Shown: positions 9,388-18,545 of the stretch, one piece after another | Position numbering within the stretch: position 1 is the stretch's first letter | Layout of the letters: each line of letters starts with the position of its first letter | NCBI GenBank assembly: GCA_964474825.1 | Contig: CAYYWQ010000001.1 | Location: 964,048 to 1,028,047 of the forward strand | DNA: 64,000 nt | DNA from: an uncultured Candidatus Saccharibacteria bacterium | GTDB lineage: Bacteria > Patescibacteriota > Doudnabacteria > UBA920 | Reading direction: 5' to 3' | Notes under the pieces: generated by a model | What the model was told of the DNA's origin: nothing | Database searches by the model: none | The model's input: only the letters and a program-made list of their open reading frames with translations | Translations under genes and position numbers: made by a program

Positions 9388-10713
9388 TTATAGATGAACT
9401 GATTTTACTAATACATCAAATTCTTTATTCGTCAAAAGTTTTCTCTCAATCAAAACTTCCCTCAAAGTTTTGCCGCTGGCCACAGATTCCTTAACCACTT
9501 CAGCCATAACATCGTAACCAAATTTGGGAGTTAGTAGCGTAGCGTAAGCAGTGGATTTTTCAAGCAATTCCTTACAGCGCGCTTTATTTACTTTAACCCC
9601 GGCCACGCACCGGGTCGCAAACTGGTAAATTAATTCGTCCATTAATTTTAAAGACTCAACTAAACGGTCAGTCAAAACCGGCAACATAACACCCAATTCC
9701 AGCTGCGCGCCCTCGGCCGCGTGCTGAATGGTTAAATTATTTCCGCTAACCAAAAAATATAACTGGCTAATGGCTTCTGGCAAAACCGGATTAACTTTTC
9801 CAGGCATTATGGAAGAGCCTGCCTGAAGTTCAGGAATTGTAATTTCCCCTATGCTCCCCTTTGGTCCGGCAGAAAGCCAGCGTAAGTCATTAGAAATTTT
9901 GCTTAAATCCACGCAAAGAGAAGTTAAAGCTTGCGACAAAAATACAAAGTCTGTGTCGCTGCTGGTTTGCGACATCATATTTTTTGCCTGCCTGACTTTA
10001 AGCTTGGTAACTTTTTGTAATTGCGAATACAAAAGCTGGATGTATTTTGGAGAAGCATTTATTGCATTACCCACGGCACTGCCGCCCATATTCAAATCTA
10101 GAACATATTCCAAAGCCTGCTCAATCCGGCTTTGCCCGCGTCTGATGTATTCAGAGTAAGCCAAAAACTCCCCTCCTAAAGTTACGGGAACTGCGTCCTG
10201 TAAATGCGTGCGCCCTAATTTATAAACGTCTTTATTGTCTTTAGCTTTATTTTCTAAAGCTTCAGCTAATATATTTAAGGTTGATAATAATTTTATAGTT
10301 AGTCTGTACGCCGTAATTTTTAAAGCCGAAGGCATTACGTCGTTCGTGGAATGCGACATGTTTACATGATCGTTCGGATGCACGGTAATTTTCTTGCCTG
10401 CTTTTTCTAAAAGTTCTGTTGCCCTGCCCGCAATAACCTCATTCACATTCATGTGGTTAGAAGTCCCAGCACCACCCTGAAACGCGGGCAGCACAAACTG
10501 GTCGTCCATTTTTCCTGACAAAATTTCGTCACACGCTTTTACAATTGCAATTTTTCTGTTGTTGTCCAATTCCCCGGCCGCCGCATGAGCCATGGCGGCG
10601 GCTTTTTTTATTTCCACAATTGCGTACATAAACTCCCTGGGAGTCTTGCGAAAAGAAAACGGGAAATTTTTTATGGCTTTTTGTGTTTGCGCGCCGTAAT
10701 ATTGTTTGTTCAT
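9388..10713 (-). CDS. aspA: Aspartate ammonia-lyase (class II fumarase/aspartase family)
   Basis: GSSIMPGKVNP signature. N-terminus (KKAAAMAHAAAG, FQGGAGTSNHMNVNEVIAG) and C-terminus (SGKTLREVLIERKLLTNKEFD) align better to AspA than to FumC. Start set at MNKQYYGAQ (ATG at 10713) to avoid overlap with the upstream gene. Confidence 0.8.
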   Translation of the reverse strand: MNKQYYGAQTQKAIKNFPFSFRKTPREFMYAIVEIKKAAAMAHAAAGELDNNRKIAIVKACDEILSGKMDDQFVLPAFQGGAGTSNHMNVNEVIAGRATELLEKAGKKITVHPNDHVNMSHSTNDVMPSALKITAYRLTIKLLSTLNILAEALENKAKDNKDVYKLGRTHLQDAVPVTLGGEFLAYSEYIRRGQSRIEQALEYVLDLNMGGSAVGNAINASPKYIQLLYSQLQKVTKLKVRQAKNMMSQTSSDTDFVFLSQALTSLCVDLSKISNDLRWLSAGPKGSIGEITIPELQAGSSIMPGKVNPVLPEAISQLYFLVSGNNLTIQHAAEGAQLELGVMLPVLTDRLVESLKLMDELIYQFATRCVAGVKVNKARCKELLEKSTAYATLLTPKFGYDVMAEVVKESVASGKTLREVLIERKLLTNKEFDVLVKSVHL

Positions 10714-10777
10714 AATTTCTCTATTAATTGCGGCTCTGTAGGCCTTAGTTAAAGCTATTATATTATTATTTGCAATA

Positions 10778-11911
10778 TCAAACAATCGCGGAAGCAACCG
10801 CGGCCACAGCCGATTTATCCAGTGGGTCTGGAATAATATTTTCCGGACTTAAATCTTTTACGCATGCCGCTAAATTTTCCGCAGCTTTTATAAGCATGTC
10901 TTGCGTTATCTGCCGAACTTTATTATCAAGCGCGCCACGGAATACCCCAGGGAAGACTAAGGAATTATTTAATTGATTCGGCAAATCCGCGCGCCCTGTG
11001 GCAACTATAAAAGCTCCTGCTTCTTTAGCAACCTGCGGCTCCACTTCCGGCACAGGGTTAGACAGCGCAAAAATTACCGGGTCTTTGGCCATGGCTTTAA
11101 TCATTTCCGAAGTTAAAATATTTGGCGCGCTTACTCCAATGAAAATATCAGCAGATTTTAAAGCATCGGGAAGGCCTCCTTGCTTATCGCATTTAGTCAA
11201 ATTAGCTAAGTCTTGCTTGTTCCCCTTTAAGTCTTTCCGATGATTACCTATTATCCCTTGGCTGTCACAGACTACTATATTCTGTATTCCATATTCTATT
11301 ATCAGTTTCGTAATTGCTGTTCCGGCAGCGCCAGCGCCGCTTATTACTATTTTAATATTTTCTGATGTTTGCTTTTTAAGTTTTAAAACATTTATAAGTC
11401 CGGCTAAAACTACCACAGCTGTGCCATGCTGGTCGTCGTGCATTACCGGAATGTCTAATTCTTTTTTTAAGCGCTCCTCTATTTCAAAACACCTGGGCGC
11501 GGAAAAATCTTCCAAATTAATTCCGCCGAACACAGGTGCAATGTTTTTTATTGTGCTAATGATTTCTTCAACATCCTGCGTGTCCAAACAAATCGGAAAA
11601 GCGTCTATGTTGGCGAGTTCTTTAAACAGCGCGCACTTACCTTCCATAACCGGTAAGGCAGCCAAGCCTCCAATATTGCGCAGACCCAAAACCGCGCTGC
11701 CGTCTGTTATAACCGCAACGCAGTTCTTTTTAATAGTGTAGATTTTGGCAAGAGCAGAATCAGCGGCAATAGCCTTAGACACCGCAGCCACACCTGGCGT
11801 ATATGCCAAAGCTAAATCGTGCCTATTTTTTAGCGGCACTTTGCTTTTAACTTCCAACTTGCCGCCAAATTGTTTATGCAGGTCTAAAGACTTTTGTCCT
11901 AAATCTTCCAT
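10778..11911 (-). CDS. NAD(P)-dependent malic enzyme
   Basis: LAYTPGVA, DQHGTAVV and GAGAAG motifs of the malic enzyme family. Confidence 0.9.
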   Translation of the reverse strand: MEDLGQKSLDLHKQFGGKLEVKSKVPLKNRHDLALAYTPGVAAVSKAIAADSALAKIYTIKKNCVAVITDGSAVLGLRNIGGLAALPVMEGKCALFKELANIDAFPICLDTQDVEEIISTIKNIAPVFGGINLEDFSAPRCFEIEERLKKELDIPVMHDDQHGTAVVVLAGLINVLKLKKQTSENIKIVISGAGAAGTAITKLIIEYGIQNIVVCDSQGIIGNHRKDLKGNKQDLANLTKCDKQGGLPDALKSADIFIGVSAPNILTSEMIKAMAKDPVIFALSNPVPEVEPQVAKEAGAFIVATGRADLPNQLNNSLVFPGVFRGALDNKVRQITQDMLIKAAENLAACVKDLSPENIIPDPLDKSAVAAVASAIV

Positions 11912-11923
11912 AAAATATCCGTT

Positions 11924-12024
11924 GTCATCCCGACCGAGGCCGAATGCATCTGAGGCTGAGTGGAGGGATCCCTTTTTATGATTATTATTACCAAGGGATT
12001 CCTGGGCTGCACTCGGAATGACAA
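11924..12024. repeat. GC-rich imperfect palindromic element (copy 1 of 2; see 61566..61636)
   Basis: Arms are GTCATCCCGA...GGAGGGATCCC and GGGATTCCTGGGCTGCACTCGGAATGAC. The arm GTCATTCCGAGTGCA.CC.AGGAATCCC is shared with the second copy. Local GC ~58% against a ~38% background. Confidence 0.6.
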
Positions 12025-12037
12025 ATATTTAAAATTA

Positions 12038-12724
12038 TTATTTAAACAACTTCTCCAATTTTTCTACAGTCAACCCCGAAAAATCTTTTACCACCAAATT
12101 CGCGTGTTTTAAATCTTGCGGTTTGTTGGTGGTAGCTATGGCAACCACTTTCATTTTGGCCCGCTGCGCCGCCTTTATACCATTAAGCGCGTCCTCAAAT
12201 ACCACGCAGTTCTTTGGTTTCATATTTAAAAGACCGGCAGCCTTTAAAAAAACTTCCGGATTGGGCTTGCCTTTGGTTACGTGGGAAGCATTTACAATAT
12301 GTTTTAAAAATTTCCGTGTTTTTGTGCTGCCCAAAACAAAAATAACATTTTCGTGCGGCGCCGAAGTTGCCAAAGCCCTTTTCACGCCGTGTTTTTCTAA
12401 ATTAGCTAAAAAATTCACCAGCCCTTTTACCGGGCGAATGTGCGGACGGAAAAGTTTCCTGTATAAAGCGTCTTTTTCTTTTCCTAATTTTTTTATTTCC
12501 TGTTCCGAAAGTTTAGTTTTAGAAAAACGTTTAATAATTTCAGATCCAACCCTGCCGTTTAAGTATTGTTTGTAGTAATGCAAAGTTAAATTAAAATCCA
12601 ATTTCTTAGCTATATGCACCCAAGACTTAAAATGATAATCAGAATTGTCAACCAGCACCCCGTCCATGTCAAAAATTACCGCGAACTCGTTTTTATTAGT
12701 TGTAACTTTTTTACCCGTTCCCAT
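12038..12724 (-). CDS. HAD-superfamily hydrolase (beta-phosphoglucomutase-like subfamily IA)
   Basis: FDMDGVLVDN motif I plus downstream HAD motifs. Confidence 0.8.
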   Translation of the reverse strand: MGTGKKVTTNKNEFAVIFDMDGVLVDNSDYHFKSWVHIAKKLDFNLTLHYYKQYLNGRVGSEIIKRFSKTKLSEQEIKKLGKEKDALYRKLFRPHIRPVKGLVNFLANLEKHGVKRALATSAPHENVIFVLGSTKTRKFLKHIVNASHVTKGKPNPEVFLKAAGLLNMKPKNCVVFEDALNGIKAAQRAKMKVVAIATTNKPQDLKHANLVVKDFSGLTVEKLEKLFK

Positions 12725-12924
12725 TTTTTTACCTCAGCCTCTCTTTTTAATGCTTTACTTAAACTCCTAAATTTTTCAAAGTAGATTATTTTCCCACCTC
12801 CTCTACTCCTAACATACTTAGACCCCTTGCCACTATTGTGAATCAACTCACGATGCTTCAGATCATTGGTGCTTCCGCAATACAAGCTCTTGTCTTTACA
12901 ACGAAGAATGTAAAAATAATGCAT
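12676..12924 (-). CDS. GIY-YIG nuclease family protein
   Basis: YFYILRCKDKSLYCGSTNDLKHRELIHN...YFEKF pattern. Its 3' end overlaps the annotated HAD start by 49 nt. Confidence 0.7.
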   Translation of the reverse strand: MHYFYILRCKDKSLYCGSTNDLKHRELIHNSGKGSKYVRSRGGGKIIYFEKFRSLSKALKREAEVKKWERVKKLQLIKTSSR

Positions 12925-12932
12925 TTATTTTT

Positions 12933-13613
12933 CTATTTTGATACCCTTTCGCCCAAATGAGTTTCTCGAGGATACCTGAACATCGGCTTTAGAGAACTTA
13001 TTAACCAATCTACATCTTCCTCAGTAGGCATTTGCCTTGCATAGATTTTAGTATTATCTCTTCCCGCTAAAATCACTTGATCAGGCCCTTGAAACAAAAA
13101 TCCATACACATAAATACTATTTTCTTCTTTATTAAATTCAAGTTGGAATATGACATTGCCTTTGGAATTTTTTACCTCCATTCCTTGTTCATCATAGTTA
13201 AACTCTTTACCATCTAAATTTTTCCAATCAGTTCCATCTATATAAAAAATTTTATCTCTATTTTGGTCACGTACAACTGCTTGTAAATTTAATTTTCCAT
13301 TCTCAGACCATGCTGACCACTTATCGTCTCCTAAAATATACTCTTTTGCATTTATTAAACCCAAATGTAAAGTTGGTGGGGTCGTAGTACTAGTTCGAAA
13401 ATCAAACTTACCAAAATCTTTTGAATAATTTTCCTTTTTTATACTCTCAAGTTGTTGACTAAGGACAAGCCAGTTTACTATAAAAAGTACAAGAACAAGA
13501 ACTATTAAATTCCACGCGCTTTTTGAATTTTCCGATGTTTTTTTAAAGTTTTCCCAATACCCCCACGCACCAAGCAATGAAGACAAAAGAAAAAAGGAAA
13601 TGGCTTTAATCAT
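12933..13613 (-). CDS. Hypothetical secreted/membrane-anchored protein
   Basis: N-terminal signal/TM sequence (MIKAISFFLLSSLLGAWG) and a second TM segment. No recognisable domain. Confidence 0.4.
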   Translation of the reverse strand: MIKAISFFLLSSLLGAWGYWENFKKTSENSKSAWNLIVLVLVLFIVNWLVLSQQLESIKKENYSKDFGKFDFRTSTTTPPTLHLGLINAKEYILGDDKWSAWSENGKLNLQAVVRDQNRDKIFYIDGTDWKNLDGKEFNYDEQGMEVKNSKGNVIFQLEFNKEENSIYVYGFLFQGPDQVILAGRDNTKIYARQMPTEEDVDWLISSLKPMFRYPRETHLGERVSK

Positions 13614-13627
13614 AGGTTTGTTATTTT

Positions 13628-13717
13628 TGGCGGAGAGGGAGGGAGTCGAACCCTCGAACCCCTTGCGGGGTTACTGGTTTTCGAAACCAGCGCACTAGAC
13701 CACTATGCGACCTCTCC
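13628..13717 (-). tRNA. tRNA-Ser(CGA)
   Basis: Cloverleaf with a long variable arm, anticodon loop TTCGAAA, and encoded CCA. Confidence 0.8.
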
Positions 13718-13743
13718 GCGTAGTCCTTTGTCTATTATAAACA

Positions 13744-13776
13744 AAAAACCGCTCTTTGTCAGCGGTTTATGTTTGA
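13744..13776. terminator. Bidirectional hairpin terminator
   Basis: AAAAAACCGCTCTTTGTCAGCGGTTTAT, with CTGTAGGCATCTGTAGTTCTGTAG repeat units next to it. Confidence 0.5.
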
Positions 13777-13873
13777 TATTAAACAGGCAGATTTTCTTTT
13801 CGTTTCACCGTCGAATAAGGAAATTTTGATGAAACAACAAAATTCTTTTCTGTAGGCATCTGTAGTTCTGTAG

Positions 13874-15058
13874 CTATAGCTTAGAACCTTTGAGTTTGCT
13901 TCCGCGGAGCTGGGTTAATACGCTGGATTCAAAAGTGAAATTAATTTTTCTTTTTTCCTCGTATTTTTCTTCCGCGAATGTAATGAGCTTTTGCAGCAAA
14001 TGGTCCAGTTCAATACCGCTGGCTTTCCATAAATGATGATACAAGGTGCCAGGCAATGGGTTAACCTCGTTAGCATAAAATTTACCGGCAGTTTTATTCA
14101 CCAAAAAATCCACCCGGGCAATACCGCTACAGCCAAGCGCTTTGTAAACTTCCTTAGCGGCATTTTGAATGGCAACAGCCATTTCCGCGTCCAACCTGGC
14201 CGGAATAACTAAAGAGCCCTGCCCTTTGCCCAACTGCGCGCCGCCGCCGCTCAAATATTTTTCCTCAAACCCAAACATGTCACTGTTAAAAACAGATTCC
14301 TGTAAAACTGAGGCAATTGGCTCGCTGTTCCCTATTAAGCAACAAGTTGTGTCTGTAACATTTTCCACACCTTCTTCTATTACCACCTTGTTGTCATAAT
14401 GCAGGGCAACTTCAATCTTATTTTCCAAATCTTTTAAATCCTGGTTTTTTACTTTGCCAATGCCTATGGATGAGCCCAAATGCACTGGCTTTACAAACAA
14501 AGGCCACTGGAACTGATTTTTTGCGCGGTCTAAAATTACTTGCTTGTTTTTTTCCCAATCCTGCTTGTAAAAATAGAAAAACTTAGTGGTAGGGATATGA
14601 TGTTCTTCAAACATCATTTTTGTCAGTGCCTTGTCCATGGAAAGAGCCGAAGAAGCTACATCACAACCCACATAAGGAATGCCAAACATTTCAAACAACC
14701 CCTGAATAGTTCCGTCTTCGCCGTAAGAGCCATGGAGTGCCGGGAAAGCTAAATCGATTGTAATAGATGAGCCCATTAGTCCTTTTCGCTTAAACACCAT
14801 TTTACCAACCGATTCTTCCAAGTCTAAATAGTATTCAGAATATTTTTTGTCGTCTTCAACTTTTTTGCTGCCATCGGTAAACAATTTCATATTCCCCAAA
14901 TCTCCCCCAATCATCCACTTCCCCTGTTTGGTAATATAAATAGGCGTGACTTGGTAATTCAAGCCTTTAAGTCCTGCAATTATGAGCTGGGCAGTAATAA
15001 TAGAAATATCATGCTCCGGGCTGCCGCTGCCAAAAAATACCCCGATGTTTTTTACCAT
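13874..15058 (-). CDS. ddl: D-alanine--D-alanine ligase
   Basis: N-terminus IGVFFGSGSPEHDISIITAQ followed by an ATP-grasp domain. Confidence 0.85.
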   Translation of the reverse strand: MVKNIGVFFGSGSPEHDISIITAQLIIAGLKGLNYQVTPIYITKQGKWMIGGDLGNMKLFTDGSKKVEDDKKYSEYYLDLEESVGKMVFKRKGLMGSSITIDLAFPALHGSYGEDGTIQGLFEMFGIPYVGCDVASSALSMDKALTKMMFEEHHIPTTKFFYFYKQDWEKNKQVILDRAKNQFQWPLFVKPVHLGSSIGIGKVKNQDLKDLENKIEVALHYDNKVVIEEGVENVTDTTCCLIGNSEPIASVLQESVFNSDMFGFEEKYLSGGGAQLGKGQGSLVIPARLDAEMAVAIQNAAKEVYKALGCSGIARVDFLVNKTAGKFYANEVNPLPGTLYHHLWKASGIELDHLLQKLITFAEEKYEEKRKINFTFESSVLTQLRGSKLKGSKL

Positions 15059-15061
15059 ACT

Positions 15062-15283
15062 TTATATAATTAAATTAGCAGACTCATTGTAGGCATTTTG
15101 CCACTTTTCAAATTCTTCTCGGGTCACTCTAAAATTTGATTCTAGAGTTTTAAAAGGAACGTCCTTTAACACTACAAAAGCAGAAATCTCCCCGCCACGG
15201 CAGTCGTTTACTTTCTGCTTAATCATTACTCTCTCATATTCCTCGTCAGTGACAAATGTTTTGTCAGTTTGTTCCCGATTCAT
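15062..15283 (-). CDS. Hypothetical small protein between murF and ddl
   Basis: ORF tightly packed into the apparent murF-ddl operon. No recognisable motif. Confidence 0.35.
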   Translation of the reverse strand: MNREQTDKTFVTDEEYERVMIKQKVNDCRGGEISAFVVLKDVPFKTLESNFRVTREEFEKWQNAYNESANLII

Positions 15284-15301
15284 AATTCAAAATTCTTAAT
15301 T

Positions 15302-16714
15302 CTACAAATACTGATCTCCCCAATCATTTTGAAACAAAATTACATCCCCTGGTTTTAAAATATTTTTTAATTCCGCGTGTGCTTCCTGCGCGGTATTAAA
15401 CCAAATAACTTTTGCTTTGTTTAATATCTGCTCAGCTATCCATGGAGTAACGCTGTTCTTAATTAGTATAACAACATCCGCCACCCCGGCCAACTGCTTG
15501 CCGATTTCCTTATGGACTTCAGCGGAGTTTTTTCCCATTTCAACCAAACCCGGAGTAATATAAATTTTTCGGCGGCTAGTAAAGCGCGATAAAACTTTTA
15601 TAGCCTCAGCAACTCCTGCCGGATTACCGTTATAAGCGTCGTCAACTACCAAAACGTCGCCGGAAGATTTAATAGGTTGCAACCTATGTTCAACTGGCTT
15701 AATATTTTTTACACCGCTGATAATTTGCTGGTTAGTCATTCCTAAACTTTCTGCAATTTTAATTGCGGCATCTACGTCCCCAAGCGCATACTCCCCCAGT
15801 AAATTAATTTCGAGCTTTCCGATATTTTCAAATTCCACTACCCAAAGCAATTTTTCTTGGTCAAATACTTTATACTTTATACTTTCCACTTTATACTCTT
15901 GTAGTTTATGATCTGGCCAAATAAACTTCTGATAATTCCCCATAACCAACCTATCGTCCCCATTCACCACCACCATCCCCGCTTCCTTGGTATTTGAAAC
16001 AATTTCAAAAATAGTAGCAACAATATTGTTTAAAGTTTTCATCCGCTCCAAATGCGCTTCGTTAATTCCCGTAACTACCGCAATGTCCGGCTTGGCAATT
16101 TTACAAATCTGTTCAACATCGCCTTTATAATGCTCCCCCATTTCTACAATTGCAATTTCAACCGATTCATCAATTTTATTTAAAACCCACCGCGCAATCC
16201 CCACCGGAGTGTTCACACTCTCCGGTGTACTTTCAACTTTAAACTTTTCACTTAAAACTTGGTTTAACACTTCTTTCATTGTTGTCTTCCCGTAACTTCC
16301 AGCAATACCAATAATCTTTAAATCTTTTAATTTTTTAACCTTCAGACGAGCTCTTGTGACAACAATTTGTTTTGCAAAAAAATCTATGGGCAATAAAAGT
16401 ATTACGTATATTGTATAAAGTATAAAGTAGAAAAACACTGCGGCTATACATAATACTAAATACAGAATACTTAATACTGAAAGCCCGTTCTGGATAATAA
16501 AATAAATTGATGCTGCCAACAAAATCAGCTGGGTCAAGAAAGCCAATGTAAAAAGTAATCGGGCTTTCATGGTCCAAACCAAATCTTTTCTCTGCTCTCC
16601 CCGTTTAGAAGGCCACAACCCTTTTTTTAAAAGCAAAACAAAATACCGCCCGAGTTCGTAATTTTCAAGCTGCAAGAGATAAAGTTGGTATTTAATTATT
16701 TTAAAAATGTACAT
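15302..16714 (-). CDS. murF: UDP-MurNAc-pentapeptide synthetase MurF-like ligase with N-terminal transmembrane extension
   Basis: Mur ligase P-loop IIGIAGSYGKTTMKEV. The ~110-aa N-terminus has 3 hydrophobic helices where the usual MurF N-domain would be. Sits next to ddl. Confidence 0.75.
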   Translation of the reverse strand: MYIFKIIKYQLYLLQLENYELGRYFVLLLKKGLWPSKRGEQRKDLVWTMKARLLFTLAFLTQLILLAASIYFIIQNGLSVLSILYLVLCIAAVFFYFILYTIYVILLLPIDFFAKQIVVTRARLKVKKLKDLKIIGIAGSYGKTTMKEVLNQVLSEKFKVESTPESVNTPVGIARWVLNKIDESVEIAIVEMGEHYKGDVEQICKIAKPDIAVVTGINEAHLERMKTLNNIVATIFEIVSNTKEAGMVVVNGDDRLVMGNYQKFIWPDHKLQEYKVESIKYKVFDQEKLLWVVEFENIGKLEINLLGEYALGDVDAAIKIAESLGMTNQQIISGVKNIKPVEHRLQPIKSSGDVLVVDDAYNGNPAGVAEAIKVLSRFTSRRKIYITPGLVEMGKNSAEVHKEIGKQLAGVADVVILIKNSVTPWIAEQILNKAKVIWFNTAQEAHAELKNILKPGDVILFQNDWGDQYL

Positions 16715-17481
16715 TATTTCAAAAAACTTAATAACTCTTTTACAAATTCCTCAGGCTTGTCTAGAAAACTAAAATGCCCGGCAGCTGCAAGAATTTTGAA
16801 TGTTGAATTTTGAATTAAGGAGTGCATTTTTTCACCGAATGACGGTGGAGTCGCTGTGTCTTGGTCACCGTAGATGATGAGCGTAGGCACCGCAATCTTT
16901 TTCATGTCTTCTGTTAAATCTTCGTTTATGGAATTTAAATAAATCTGCGTCATAACCCCCGGCGTGGCCACGTAATCTTCCGCGCCGATTTGTTTATATA
17001 TTTTTTTACGCAAACCCTGCATAAATTTTGGTTTAAAAAATGGCTTAGCAATTTTTGCCGCAATATTCATTGCGTTTTTTTTATCCGCTGCCATTGCAAA
17101 CCCCGCGCTGTCTACCAACACTAACTTTTCGATAGCTGATGGATACTTAGACGCAAGCTTAATCCCCACTCTCCCACCAAACGAATGCCCGATAACGACG
17201 ATATTTTTCAAATCCAATTTGTTTATAAACTCCCCAACAACTTCCGCGTAATCACTAACAGTCATTGGCGAAGATGAAACCTGCGATCCCCCAAACCCTG
17301 GTAGATCTAAGGCGTAGAGATTTAAGTCTTTAATCTTAAATCCTAAATCTTTAATCACCGACTGCCACACCCTCGCTTCGCTCCTCCATCCATGCAAAAA
17401 CAGCAAGGTTTTATTGCCTTGCTGGCTTTCTGTTTGAAAATAACTAATTAATAAATTTTTAACAACAACCTGCTTATTCAT
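16714..17481 (-). CDS. Alpha/beta-fold hydrolase
   Basis: GHSFGG nucleophile elbow and HGW oxyanion region. Confidence 0.75.
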   Translation of the reverse strand: MNKQVVVKNLLISYFQTESQQGNKTLLFLHGWRSEARVWQSVIKDLGFKIKDLNLYALDLPGFGGSQVSSSPMTVSDYAEVVGEFINKLDLKNIVVIGHSFGGRVGIKLASKYPSAIEKLVLVDSAGFAMAADKKNAMNIAAKIAKPFFKPKFMQGLRKKIYKQIGAEDYVATPGVMTQIYLNSINEDLTEDMKKIAVPTLIIYGDQDTATPPSFGEKMHSLIQNSTFKILAAAGHFSFLDKPEEFVKELLSFLK

Positions 17482-17539
17482 ATCTATATAATACCATTGA
17501 TAAATATCCTGTGAAAGGATATAATATATGGGATTTTAA

Positions 17540-17613
17540 CGGGATGTAGTATACCGGTAGTACGCGCGCTTCGGGTGCGTGAAGACAGGGTTCAATTCCC
17601 TGCATCCCGACCA
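17540..17613 (+). tRNA. tRNA-Pro(CGG)
   Basis: Acceptor CGGGATG/CATCCCG, anticodon loop TTCGGGT, T-loop TTCAATT, and CCA. Followed by a terminator hairpin at 17620..17650. Confidence 0.8.
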
Positions 17614-17665
17614 AAGAAAAACGCCCAATCTATTTGGGTGTTTTTCTTTTTTATGATAGTAGCCA

Positions 17666-17708
17666 TGCCCCTCGACTACGTCTTGCTTCGCAAAACTCCG
17701 CTCGGGAC
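17666..17708 (-). repeat. tRNA-associated short motif S (GTCCCGAGCG-N22-GTCGAGGGGCA), copy C
   Basis: Reverse complement of 17666..17708 reads GTCCCGAGCGGAGTTTTGCGAAGCAAGACGTAGTCGAGGGGCA. It lies downstream (minus strand) of tRNA-Ala(GGC), after an A/T-flanked hairpin at 17710..17745. Confidence 0.6.
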
Positions 17709-17746
17709 AAAAATAAAATACCGACCAAAGGTCGGTATTTTATTTT

Positions 17747-17820
17747 TGGTGGACCTGGGGGGAATCGGACCCCCGACTAATCCATGCCATGGATCCGTAT
17801 TACCATTATACTACAGGCCC
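17747..17820 (-). tRNA. tRNA-Ala(GGC)
   Basis: G3:U70 wobble pair in the acceptor stem, anticodon loop ATGGCAT, T-loop TCCGATT, and CCA. Confidence 0.8.
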
Positions 17821-17936
17821 TTATTGACTACATGTGATATTTAACTTTTGACTAACTAGAAGATTAAACGTCAAAGGTCACATGTTAAATGTTCTTCGTT
17901 ATTCTACTTCTTTTTTCCTAATTCGGCAAGACTCCC

Positions 17937-18299
17937 CTATTGCGGTGGGATTACAACCCTCACTTGTCTACCGTCCGGTAGAGTAATAACGCTTTCTTGC
18001 CCGCCATTGTTTTGGTTTGGTGTTTGCTGATTATTTTCCGGTACCATTAATTTTTTGGCAGAACTTACTAGTTCCGTAAAGTTCTTTAATTGTTCCTGGA
18101 AAGGCTTTAAAAGTCCGGTTTTTTGTAAAATCCAACCCATTACTACTATAACCAACGCTAGCCCCACAATATAACCAAAAGCTCCAAATATTCCGTTAAA
18201 AAAAGCTCTCCATATCCCGGGACTCCCCGTTTTCTTTTTAATCTCGCCTAAATTCTGGTTTATTGTGTCCAACTCACCTTTTAAGTCCGGGTCAATCAT
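17937..18299 (-). CDS. Hypothetical small membrane protein
   Basis: One or two TM helices (GIWRAFFNGIFGAFGYIVGLALVIVVMGWIL). Confidence 0.4.
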   Translation of the reverse strand: MIDPDLKGELDTINQNLGEIKKKTGSPGIWRAFFNGIFGAFGYIVGLALVIVVMGWILQKTGLLKPFQEQLKNFTELVSSAKKLMVPENNQQTPNQNNGGQESVITLPDGRQVRVVIPPQ

Positions 18300-18325
18300 A
18301 ATTTTTGTTTTACATAATAATTTTG

Positions 18326-18401
18326 TGGTGCCCTCGGAGGGAATCGAACCCCCATCTCATCCTTAGGACGGATTTGCTCTGATCCATTGAGCTACGAAGG
18401 C
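18326..18401 (-). tRNA. tRNA-Arg(CCT)
   Basis: Acceptor GCCTTCG/CGAGGGC, anticodon loop GTCCTAA, T-loop TTCGATT, and CCA. Confidence 0.7.
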
Positions 18402-18545
18402 AACTGCCAAAAAATTATAACATAAACAGCTATATTATGCTAAAATTAATTTAGACATAAAAAAGCTGGCACTTCTTGGGCCAGTTTAAGCATTATATCA
18501 TAGTTTAAGTCTGTTGTCAATATATTAAACAATAAACTTAAAGCC

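Noticed and set aside
12676-12724. The 49-nt overlap between the GIY-YIG gene end and the HAD hydrolase start was considered as a possible frameshifted or fused gene.
   Set aside because: The two ORFs are in different frames with intact domain signatures. More likely the HAD gene uses a downstream alternative start (for example GTG).
16335-16577. 80-aa minus-strand ORF inside murF.
   Set aside because: It is an overlapping alternative frame of a supported gene.
17575-17844. 89-aa ORF spanning the tRNA-Pro terminator, a repeat motif and tRNA-Ala.
   Set aside because: It overlaps two tRNA genes and repeat elements and is not credible as coding sequence.
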